A stretch of DNA of 31,524 nucleotides from a bacterium (GCA_049472355.1 JBLIRP010000044.1:1-31524), one strand, 5' to 3'. Shown: positions 1 through 7,632, numbered from the stretch's first letter. Program-made: numbers and translations. Notes: generated by a model from the letters alone, not told the origin.

Positions 1-52
1 GAAGAGGTAACAATCGTTAGGCGTTAAACAACTCAATCGGGACGGAGATGGT

Positions 53-73
53 GCCTGGGGAAAGTCCCCAGGC
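53..73 (+). other. GC-rich hairpin (possible terminator or stabiliser of an upstream transcript)
   Basis: GCCTGGGG-AAAGT-CCCCAGGC, perfect 8-bp stem with only a weak T tail. Confidence 0.4.
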
Positions 74-152
74 TTCATTAGGTGTAATCATCACGTGCTT
101 TCTTTTCTTTATCGGTACTAGGTAGTGATTATCCACCACTGATTATAATTTG

Positions 153-192
153 TGGGTAATGATTCCTTAACTTGGGTAATGATTCTTTAACT
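153..192. repeat. Tandem 20-bp direct repeat
   Basis: TGGGTAATGATTCCTTAACT (153-172) then TGGGTAATGATTCTTTAACT (173-192), one mismatch. Confidence 0.85.
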
Positions 193-264
193 AAGGTTGA
201 AATCATGCATAGAACCTCGCATTCCAATGTCAGGTTAGGAGGGAGGGGTTATAAGGTGAGACAA

Positions 265-1674
265 ATGATGAAGACGTATCGTATACTGGTAATTACGGGC
301 CTCCTTGCGGCCGGAATGTGCTTCTGTATGTGCGCGACATACGCCCATGCAGAGCCACTTGCCCGCGTGGTACGGCCGGAACGGCCTGATACACAGGATG
401 AGCCGGAGTATGTCGCGCGCACCCGCATGAGGACGATCGCGGATTGGGAAACAACCACAGACTTTTCATTGAGCCAGATGCGGACTAAGATCGAGGCTGC
501 GGCGGACGCACTGAAGGATGCCCAGGATGGATCGACAATGGGCTGGGCCTTTTACCTGCCCGGGGGCTCAACGGCCTCCAATATCTATGGCGTGGTGGGG
601 CTCGGTTTGCTCAGGGCGTACAACCTCACCAAGACCATGACGGCCACCGTCGTGACCGCAAATAAGCCGGAGTATCTTGCTGCAGCGGAAGATACCGCCG
701 ATGCAATCCTTGCCGGCAGTTTCCCCTGGCAGGCAACCGACTACACCTTCCTGCACTACTATGCGGAGGTATCGGGGGATAGCAGCTACAAGACGACTGC
801 AGAGAGCGACCTCGACTCTGACATCATCGACGGCAACACCCCTGCCGAGGTTGCTGACTGGCTGGACTCCATCGACGACGGCCAGGGAAAGCTCTGGCAG
901 CTTGCCAACTGGGTGGAAGTATTCCAACTGTATAGCGAGAGCGACTACGCCGATGCGGTGGTCGACAAGATCATGGACCGATATCGCACCGTGGGTTCAG
1001 GTGCTGATAAGGTAGGCGGGTTTGTCTATAATACGGTCGACAACTACGTCAGGACCCTTGATCAGGCCCGGGTAGTGGAGGTCCTCAAGAGGTTCTACAG
1101 CAGCACCTATCCGACCCATATAGCGGAGGGATTGGCCCTTTTGAAGGATCTGCAGTACAACAACGGGTATTTTCGATGGGGGTGCCAGCTCAACAACGCT
1201 ACGGGAAGAGTGACCCTATTCCCCAGTATCCTGGTTCAGGATCAGGCGTTTGCGGTAAAGGCATTGGCGTATAACAACCAAACCACCTCCACAAACTTCT
1301 CGAACCACTTCGGAACACATTGGGCGGCCAACGCCCTTATGGATATGCAGAATACTTCAGGAGGATTTACTCTGGATCCGGATCCGGATGAATCATCAGA
1401 GTTTCCGAACGTCTCCGAGTACAATGCAGAGGCGCTTGACGCCCTCCATGCGAGCTGCGGCGAGGGGGATGTTGACAGGAGCGGGCAGCTCTTTCCGTGG
1501 GATGCCCTGGATGCCTTGAAGGCATACCTGGGAATGATCGATCTCAATGGACCGGCGCTCGTTGCCGCAGATCGAGACGGCGACAATCAGATCGCCCCTG
1601 CGGACGCCCTTGCAATCCTCCAGGCATCGGTCGGGAAGGCGATAGAGGTTAACCCGGGCGACAATGTGCAGTAA
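265..1674 (+). CDS. Secreted alpha/alpha-toroid (prenyltransferase/squalene-cyclase-repeat-like) protein with C-terminal dockerin
   Basis: Start taken at ATG 265 (AAGGTG upstream). Signal peptide MMKTYRILVITGLLAAGMCFCMCATYAHA. QW-like motifs LKDAQDGSTMGW, LKDLQYNNGYF, LMDMQNTSGGF. Duplicated Ca-loop/helix GDVDRSGQLFPWDALDALKAYLG ... ADRDGDNQIAPADALAILQASVG (nt ~1459-1635) matches dockerin architecture. Confidence 0.8.
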   Translation: MMKTYRILVITGLLAAGMCFCMCATYAHAEPLARVVRPERPDTQDEPEYVARTRMRTIADWETTTDFSLSQMRTKIEAAADALKDAQDGSTMGWAFYLPGGSTASNIYGVVGLGLLRAYNLTKTMTATVVTANKPEYLAAAEDTADAILAGSFPWQATDYTFLHYYAEVSGDSSYKTTAESDLDSDIIDGNTPAEVADWLDSIDDGQGKLWQLANWVEVFQLYSESDYADAVVDKIMDRYRTVGSGADKVGGFVYNTVDNYVRTLDQARVVEVLKRFYSSTYPTHIAEGLALLKDLQYNNGYFRWGCQLNNATGRVTLFPSILVQDQAFAVKALAYNNQTTSTNFSNHFGTHWAANALMDMQNTSGGFTLDPDPDESSEFPNVSEYNAEALDALHASCGEGDVDRSGQLFPWDALDALKAYLGMIDLNGPALVAADRDGDNQIAPADALAILQASVGKAIEVNPGDNVQ

Positions 1675-1748
1675 GCATAACCTGCGCCCTGTTTCCCTCG
1701 TTACCTTGATGTTTTGGTGAATTCCAATGTTTTTATTGACTCAAGAAG

Positions 1749-1782
1749 GAGGCCAATCAGGTTGTCGAGCCTGATTGGCCTC
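1749..1782 (+). terminator. Strong intergenic stem-loop (terminator or mRNA stabiliser)
   Basis: GAGGCCAATCAGG-TTGTCGAG-CCTGATTGGCCTC, 13-bp perfect stem followed by GTTATT (weak U tract). Confidence 0.6.
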
Positions 1783-1982
1783 GTTATTGAGCGCAGATAC
1801 GGTTGATACGTTCATATAGCCATGTCCCGGCCCGACGGACGGTGTTGTTTGTCCGTTGTATTGTGGCGCCTTTGTTTATGAATGTCTTTCACGCGGATAT
1901 GCACGAAATCCCGTTCAGGATTTACCCATCTGTAATCTTCCGATGCGGCATGAAGCCGGTGGGGGCAGAAGGAGATACGAGT

Positions 1983-3902
1983 ATGAGGAATAATGGAAAA
2001 AAAATTATTTCTATCGTGGCTTTTGCGACAAGCCTTCTTTTTGTATCCGGTTTCATGATTCCCAGACAATTGTTGGCTGTAACCCTTAGTGTGCCCACAG
2101 GATTGACAGGGTTTAAGGGATCAACCGTTCAGGTGCCCGTGAATATTGATACCCCTCTTGATCTTAACAAAGGTTATTTAATTGATGTTATCTATGATTC
2201 TAGCATACTTGATTATGATGGGTTCGCTCCGGCCGTTTATCCTAGTGCACATTATGATTTTGATGACAATGAGGATCCGAACGGAGGCAGGGTGACCATC
2301 GGGGGTTATATCGATGGTAATGTTGTCGTTAACGGCGCCCTTTTTGTAACGAAATTTAATGTTCTCTCAGAATCAGAGAACTCTGCCATCAGTCTGGTAA
2401 ATAAATCGGAGATAGGTCATGTACTCTACGATGCCAAGGTGAGAGCAGGGTCAATCACTACTACGGCTATTACACCTGCCTGTACAATTAGCGCAATAGT
2501 CGACCTTGCTTCGAAACCGGGCGGTGTTCATGACATAATTCTCTCTCTTACCGGGTATACAATCAGTGGTGATACTGCACGTACGTCCCGTATTTGGAAC
2601 GAGTCCGACTCAAACGTAGTAAGTTTTGATGTTGAACAGGGTACATACAGGATAAAGGCTGAATCGATTGGATATGCTCCCTATTACAGCGATCTCCTCG
2701 ATTGCGATACAAATACTGCATATGTAACCATTGATGAGAAATTGATGCCCTCTTATAGCGTTGATAGACAGGATATTGTCACTGATCCAAATAAACCGGA
2801 GATGAAATTCACCTTTAAATATACAACGGGAACTGGTGTTGAGGACGATTGGCCGGAGTGGTATCCCTTGAGGGTCAGATTTTTTGACTCAACGAATGAT
2901 AGTGATCATGACGAATGGCCCGATCCCAATACCATACCCAATGGTCCCGTTATTGACGATGGCTTGAATCGCGTCGATGGTCCGAATGGCTATAAGGTAT
3001 ATACGGTTACAATTCCCGTGAAAAATTATCTCATGGCCGATCTGTCCGATAGCTATGTGATCGCCTTCAGGACCGAACGTTGGGATGCCGGTTGGACTGA
3101 TCAGTCTGGCGAGGTGTTCCTTGATCCCAATGGGAATGAGAAGCGTATCCACCGGTTCATTGTCAAAAAGTCGCAGTTATCGGAATCTACCAAGGTTGTT
3201 GCTTCAGGCGCAGTGACCTTGAAACCGAAGGCGGATCTTGCAGCAAAGGGATATATCACCATTCAGGCGGACCCCGACATCGTTATAAGTCAAACGGAAT
3301 CACTCACGCTGGTATTTGATGCGAAGGGTGCGGATATCTTCCATTTTACCCGGTCCTCCGATGCTAATAGCGTAGTTGCTTCGAATGAGAATCTTGGCAT
3401 CGGGGTCTCATATACCACTGGAGCGGGTGCAGGCCTTACTGCTGGGCATCCCGGCGTGAAGGACCCCAATGATATCATCGTTGTCTCTGTCGAATTTACG
3501 GACCAAAACGGCAAAAAGGTGGTGTACAATCAAGACAGGGAGAGAGGTGTTTCGTTGATCTTTTTTGATATACCAGCACCGCGTGCATTACAGGATCCAA
3601 ACCTCACGCTTGAAGCCATAGAGGATAAGATACTCACCAGGTCCAAACAGATCGTGACCCCGGATAATTACTACGGGATCTATTTCATCCATGGAGAATC
3701 AGAGGAGCCGGAGCTTTTTATCCCGAACGTGCATGGGGGATCTCTGAATATCTTTAAACAAAACGGAGTGAACATGCTCAATATAGGTGTTCCCCATGCG
3801 AGTGACTGGTATATCGGGGAGTACACCGTCTCCCCAACAGGTAAGGGCGGCGGCGGTTGTTTTATTCAGACTGTTATAAAAAATGTGAGCACTACGAGGT
3901 AA
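1983..3902 (+). CDS. Secreted cohesin-domain protein with C-terminal GGGGCFI (CFI-box-like) tag
   Basis: AAGGAG RBS before ATG 1983. Signal peptide MRNNGKKIISIVAFATSLLFVSGFMIPRQLLA. Cohesin-like segment VTLSVP..GSTVQVPVNI..IDVIYDSSIL..GRVTIGG..NGALFVTKFNV..AGSIT. Prealbumin-like segment GTYRIKAESIGY. C-terminus VPHASDWYIG..GKGGGGCFIQTVIKNVSTTR. Confidence 0.75.
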   Translation: MRNNGKKIISIVAFATSLLFVSGFMIPRQLLAVTLSVPTGLTGFKGSTVQVPVNIDTPLDLNKGYLIDVIYDSSILDYDGFAPAVYPSAHYDFDDNEDPNGGRVTIGGYIDGNVVVNGALFVTKFNVLSESENSAISLVNKSEIGHVLYDAKVRAGSITTTAITPACTISAIVDLASKPGGVHDIILSLTGYTISGDTARTSRIWNESDSNVVSFDVEQGTYRIKAESIGYAPYYSDLLDCDTNTAYVTIDEKLMPSYSVDRQDIVTDPNKPEMKFTFKYTTGTGVEDDWPEWYPLRVRFFDSTNDSDHDEWPDPNTIPNGPVIDDGLNRVDGPNGYKVYTVTIPVKNYLMADLSDSYVIAFRTERWDAGWTDQSGEVFLDPNGNEKRIHRFIVKKSQLSESTKVVASGAVTLKPKADLAAKGYITIQADPDIVISQTESLTLVFDAKGADIFHFTRSSDANSVVASNENLGIGVSYTTGAGAGLTAGHPGVKDPNDIIVVSVEFTDQNGKKVVYNQDRERGVSLIFFDIPAPRALQDPNLTLEAIEDKILTRSKQIVTPDNYYGIYFIHGESEEPELFIPNVHGGSLNIFKQNGVNMLNIGVPHASDWYIGEYTVSPTGKGGGGCFIQTVIKNVSTTR

Positions 3903-3922
3903 ACAAGGGAGAAAATGACCAT

Positions 3923-3954
3923 TCATAGGTGTCTCTGATACGACACACCTATGA
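3923..3954. other. Hairpin downstream of the cohesin/CFI gene
   Basis: TCATAGGTGT-N12-ACACCTATGA, 10-bp perfect stem. Confidence 0.5.
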
Positions 3955-3968
3955 CCGACCATGCAAAT

Positions 3969-4010
3969 CAAAAAAAAGGGGGGGGCCTTTTCTATGGGTC
4001 CCCTTTTTTG
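3969..4010. terminator. Bidirectional intrinsic terminator between convergent genes
   Basis: A-run, G-run stem, loop, GGGTCCCC, T-run, giving T tracts on both strands between stops at 3902 (+) and 4057 (-). Confidence 0.7.
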
Positions 4011-4056
4011 TTGCGATTGTTCGAGTTCAAGGAAAAAGGGGGCGTATACCGGACGG

Positions 4057-5403
4057 TTATCTGCTGTAAAGGAGGTAGCCCTCGGTGTTCAGGATAGGAA
4101 AATGGGAACTGCTTGGACGACCAAAAAAGTGAACAACACTTCGCCGTTGCCCTGTTTCGGGCAGCATTCGGCTGAGAATGACGTTCTTGCCGGTTTTTTC
4201 CGAAAGCGCCTCCAGGAGGCCGTGAGAATCTATTTGCTCGTCCTGCGGCAAATAAAGGCTGATAAAATTCAGGCCCGGTTTGATGCATTTGCCGAGATCC
4301 TCTATTTGGGTTTGGGCGTTTTTATGATCCCATTCTCCGGGAAATGCCCGTGACACGCCATTTTCTTGGACATATACCAGGGTGGACTGAAAAGGGAGCA
4401 GTGGAAAATCCGTCCCCTTTACTTCATTGTTTTCCCACCATGTTTTGTCCCACCGCAGGGTGTTCGGGTCTCGTGTCATAAGGCAGCGAACCGCATCGCC
4501 TGCCGTTTGAGAAAGATGTGACATGAGTTCGTGGGATCCATCACACCCCCCAGGGGGTGTTGTCGGATACCCGAAAAGATTCAGACCGGACTCGAACCGG
4601 TGGTCAATGCCGAAGCCACCGTTGATGAGGGCAAAATCGCCATCCGGGTTGGTGATAATGACATCGAATAATAGCCCGGGAGGGAAGGTATATGCCGGCA
4701 CCAGGGCGGTGACTACCCCATTGGAATAGTCGGCATTCGCGAAACAGAGCGAACCGATCACCGGTACGGCACCCTGTTTGAGCCCCTGGCCCGTGATGGT
4801 GCAGACGATGTCGTGATCGAACGATCCGGAGGAGGTGATGGTAATCGCTGAGGTTATCGAAGGGAGGATCTTGATTTCACCCGGTTCGCATAGGGCATTT
4901 TGCAGATCGTTCACCTTTTTATCAATCCGGAAGGAAGAGTGAATCGTGGACCGAGGGTATATCCTTTTCGCAATGAAACTAAGGCCGAGCAGCTTCCCTG
5001 TCCCCGTTGTGGCAATGGGATCTCCGTTACTGTCGTATTTTACGCAACATCCAACCGTTATTTTGCCGGGTGTCGATTCATGCTCGTAGGCATAAACATA
5101 GTAATAATCTTCCGTGAGGTAGTTCTCATCGTCTTTATTCACGACGACCAAACCCGGGTTGTTCGGGTTGAATTCCGGCTGCAGTATGTTGGGATCATAG
5201 TGAAAGGCGAAACCCCATGCCTCGATCCCTCCCGGATCGTTGGATTTCAATTCAATGACAACGTCCCGGGGTGAATCAAGGGTGATTTCAGCATCAGGAA
5301 TGGATAATGTGATAAGGGGGGACGCTGTGCCGGCAGTGAAAAGGGGGCAGACAAGGATGAAGAGCATCAGCGATATGGAGATGCGCTTATTTTTCATGTC
5401 CAT
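4057..5403 (-). CDS. Secreted protein: cohesin + IPT/TIG-like domain + two tandem GLN(L/F) repeats
   Basis: Signal peptide MKNKRISISLMLFILVCPLFTAGTA. Cohesin-like ITLSIP..IEAWGFAFHYDPNIL..GKITVG..GTGKLLGLSF..PGEIKI. IPT-like TITGQGL..VTALVP..DVIITNPDG. Repeats FESGLNLFGYP..FPLLPFQSTLVY and IKPGLNFISLY..FPILNTEGYLLY. Confidence 0.75.
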   Translation of the reverse strand: MDMKNKRISISLMLFILVCPLFTAGTASPLITLSIPDAEITLDSPRDVVIELKSNDPGGIEAWGFAFHYDPNILQPEFNPNNPGLVVVNKDDENYLTEDYYYVYAYEHESTPGKITVGCCVKYDSNGDPIATTGTGKLLGLSFIAKRIYPRSTIHSSFRIDKKVNDLQNALCEPGEIKILPSITSAITITSSGSFDHDIVCTITGQGLKQGAVPVIGSLCFANADYSNGVVTALVPAYTFPPGLLFDVIITNPDGDFALINGGFGIDHRFESGLNLFGYPTTPPGGCDGSHELMSHLSQTAGDAVRCLMTRDPNTLRWDKTWWENNEVKGTDFPLLPFQSTLVYVQENGVSRAFPGEWDHKNAQTQIEDLGKCIKPGLNFISLYLPQDEQIDSHGLLEALSEKTGKNVILSRMLPETGQRRSVVHFFGRPSSSHFPILNTEGYLLYSR

Positions 5404-5548
5404 GTATCAGCCTTTATGTAATGTCGTTCATCGATAAGGACATTTGAAAGCATTGAGTGACCGCGCTGCGCGCCTCGATTGAATTAATGCGAAAACAATG
5501 GAAGGGATGAATGAACAGGATGATAAACAAAACATTTAAGATATCATA

Positions 5549-5564
5549 TACAAATACCATACCA
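5549..5564 (-). promoter_or_regulatory. Possible sigma54 promoter variant for the 4057-5403 gene
   Basis: Minus strand reads TGGTAT-GGTAT-TTGTA (GG-N10-GT, with GT in place of the -12 GC). Confidence 0.4.
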
Positions 5565-5700
5565 TTTCCACAAGAATATATCAACCTTCGACCCTCGTGT
5601 AAATATGATTTTTCTCCATAGAGGAAGGGAATGCATAGGTCTTAGTAATGAAATATATGTAAAAAGATTCATAATTATGCATCAAAATACAGGTATCGGT

Positions 5701-5725
5701 TTGTCATGCCTCGAATTTTTGACAA
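5701..5725. promoter_or_regulatory. Candidate enhancer-binding-protein site (UAS)
   Basis: Inverted repeat TTGTCA-N13-TGACAA, about 100 bp upstream of a sigma54 promoter. Confidence 0.45.
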
Positions 5726-5767
5726 GGGTTGCATGAATTAAGAATGTCTGAATTGAATCATAAGAAA

Positions 5768-5780
5768 AATCAGGGAGTTG
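5768..5780 (+). promoter_or_regulatory. IHF binding site
   Basis: AATCAGGGAGTTG matches WATCARNNNNTTR and lies between the candidate UAS and the sigma54 promoter. Confidence 0.6.
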
Positions 5781-5825
5781 AAAAAAAGGGAAGGGCATTT
5801 TCGTTGATTGGCAAAGGGCACCATT

Positions 5826-5841
5826 TGGCACATAAATTGCT
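5826..5841 (+). promoter_or_regulatory. Sigma54 (-24/-12) promoter
   Basis: TGGCAC-ATAAA-TTGCT matches TGGCAC-N5-TTGCW. Confidence 0.8.
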
Positions 5842-6441
5842 GTTAAAAAAATTTGACCTATACATGATCCTCGAATTTTGTAATATGTTGTTTTTATATT
5901 TTTTCCAAAAAAAAAGGTCATAAAAATCACACAATCTTTATTACAAGGCAGCTCATTACCGTGTTGGATTGATGTTCGGTTTTCTGTTCCGACATATGGT
6001 ATGTTCAGTGAAGGGCTTGGGTTGCCAATACAAATGAGATTTCACCGTCTGCGATATAAAAAAATGCTGTGGTACGTTCAAGGTATTTGTTAGCCGGCCG
6101 CATGCATATGCGATAGCGCAAAACCCTATCGATCACCTTAAGGGAATTCCCCTCGCCCTTTTTGTGATAAGGGGTAATGCCCGTGGTCTGGCCGACGTTT
6201 TCTATCCCGATTGAGTTTCATTTTCACCCTATCCTATAGATCAAGAAAGGGGGAATGAAAACCGGAAAGTCCGCCCTCATATAAAATCAATGGGGCCGCA
6301 TCCTGATATCCTTCTGAGTTTATGCCCTCAGTGCTCTCTTCCGGATGACGGTGCGCATCTTTTCGCATTCGAAAAGGATGTGAGCGAAACGTGACAACAT
6401 GCTTTGTTTTCTCAGGGTAAAAAGGAGAAGGAGGTAGGATT

Positions 6442-7599
6442 ATGGTATGTAGATCAAAGGGAAGGGGGTGGCAAGTCACGTGTGCCTTGCTGATCCTTCT
6501 GATGGGTATTGTTTTATGCCGCCCCATTGAGGCCGCCGTATATGCAGTCTACCCGGAGGATGTCTCTTCAGGTCTCATAGGCTCAACCGTAGATGTTCCT
6601 ATCAACATCGATTCCATTGCAGGTCTGGAGGCGTGGCTCATCCATGTTGATTTTGATCCCAATGTCGTGACATTCGATGGCATTGTGAACAGCAGCCTCA
6701 CCGACTACTATCAGGTGCAGGATGAACTGCATGATATCGATGCCACTGTAAGGAGGGTGACGGTTGGTGCATATCTGGCGGATCCCTCCAGTTCGCCGCA
6801 GGGCTCCGGTGCGCTCTTTAAAATTAAATTTTTGGTGAATGGACCGGGTCCCGGGGCAACTGATATCAAAGTCTCGGCAGCATCGGATTCGGGCGCAGGA
6901 CCCGATGCTCCGGACCTTGTTGCAGGCCCCAAGGGGGTATTGTACGCACAGACCGTCCCGTATATGGTCACCGTGAAAGCACAACCTGACCGTGTTACTA
7001 AGGGGAACGATATCTCAGTCCGCATCGATATTGATACCATCAAGGACCTTCAGGCGTGGGTAATGGACGTGCAGTATCCACGCTCCGTTCTGAAATATGA
7101 GGGTTATAGCACGACGGCGCTGACAGATGTCTACGATTACCTGGAAATCAATGAGTATACGCCGGGTATCCTGAGGATTGCAGGCATCAGCCAGGATGCG
7201 CCCTCCGGAGGCTCGGGTCGCTTCCTGGTCCTCGATTTCCGAGCAAGAAATACCGGGTCTGCCAGGATTTCACTGACCTTCCCAGTGGACAAGGGGAACC
7301 AGTTGGGTGCCATTGCTGCCATTGTTGACGACATATATGACTATGCATATGTAAAACAGTCCGTATCCCCTGGCCCCATCATTCCCTGGCCAACTGCACA
7401 GTATTATCTTATGACTTCCAGGTCCAGTTTTCCACAGATCCCCGTGTCGTATCCGACGTTCCCCACGCTCGCACCGCAGCTTTTTTCGGTGTATCCCTAT
7501 TCCCGGCTCTACACCCCATGGGGACGTTCGTTGTACTATCCGCAGTATCCTTCATACGGCTTTGGAGGATATTATCCGTATTATTTTTTCTATCGTTAA
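6442..7599 (+). CDS. Secreted two-cohesin mini-scaffoldin-like protein with Tyr/Pro-rich C-terminal tail
   Basis: AAGGAGGT RBS. Signal peptide ending RPIEA. Two homologous domains: GSTVDVPINIDSIAGLEAWLIHVDFDPNVV..GSGALFKIKF and GNDISVRIDIDTIKDLQAWVMDVQYPRSVL..GSGRFLVLDF. Tail ends YYPQYPSYGFGGYYPYYFFYR. Confidence 0.8.
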   Translation: MVCRSKGRGWQVTCALLILLMGIVLCRPIEAAVYAVYPEDVSSGLIGSTVDVPINIDSIAGLEAWLIHVDFDPNVVTFDGIVNSSLTDYYQVQDELHDIDATVRRVTVGAYLADPSSSPQGSGALFKIKFLVNGPGPGATDIKVSAASDSGAGPDAPDLVAGPKGVLYAQTVPYMVTVKAQPDRVTKGNDISVRIDIDTIKDLQAWVMDVQYPRSVLKYEGYSTTALTDVYDYLEINEYTPGILRIAGISQDAPSGGSGRFLVLDFRARNTGSARISLTFPVDKGNQLGAIAAIVDDIYDYAYVKQSVSPGPIIPWPTAQYYLMTSRSSFPQIPVSYPTFPTLAPQLFSVYPYSRLYTPWGRSLYYPQYPSYGFGGYYPYYFFYR

Positions 7600-7632
7600 C
7601 GGATGCTCCATATCCGTGAAGGTTTGTGAGGG

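Noticed and set aside
1..27. Possible 3' end of an upstream CDS (EEVTIVRR-stop, frame 1)
   Set aside because: Only 8 codons are visible, too short to support.
172..264. ORF-track N-terminal extensions (also 1803-1982, 14189-14248, 19128-19322)
   Set aside because: Downstream starts have RBSs and place signal peptides, prepilin leaders or the lipobox at the N-terminus.
1675..1691. Antisense sigma54-like GG-N10-GC element
   Set aside because: Poor match to TGGCAC, no IHF or UAS context, and it would point into a coding gene.
3858..3869. CFIQ as a CaaX prenylation box acted on by the neighbouring prenyltransferase-like barrel
   Set aside because: The motif is not terminal (10 residues follow) and I see no prenyltransferase Zn-binding motif in the barrel protein.
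6255..6284. Mini-ORF MKTGKSALI as a leader peptide
   Set aside because: The SD is too close to the ATG and there is no regulatory codon run. Ribo-seq would be needed.
265..7599. A true cellulosome
   Set aside because: No glycoside hydrolase, CBM3 or SLH modules are recognisable here, and no protein has more than two cohesins. Dockerin-bearing CAZymes elsewhere in the genome cannot be excluded.
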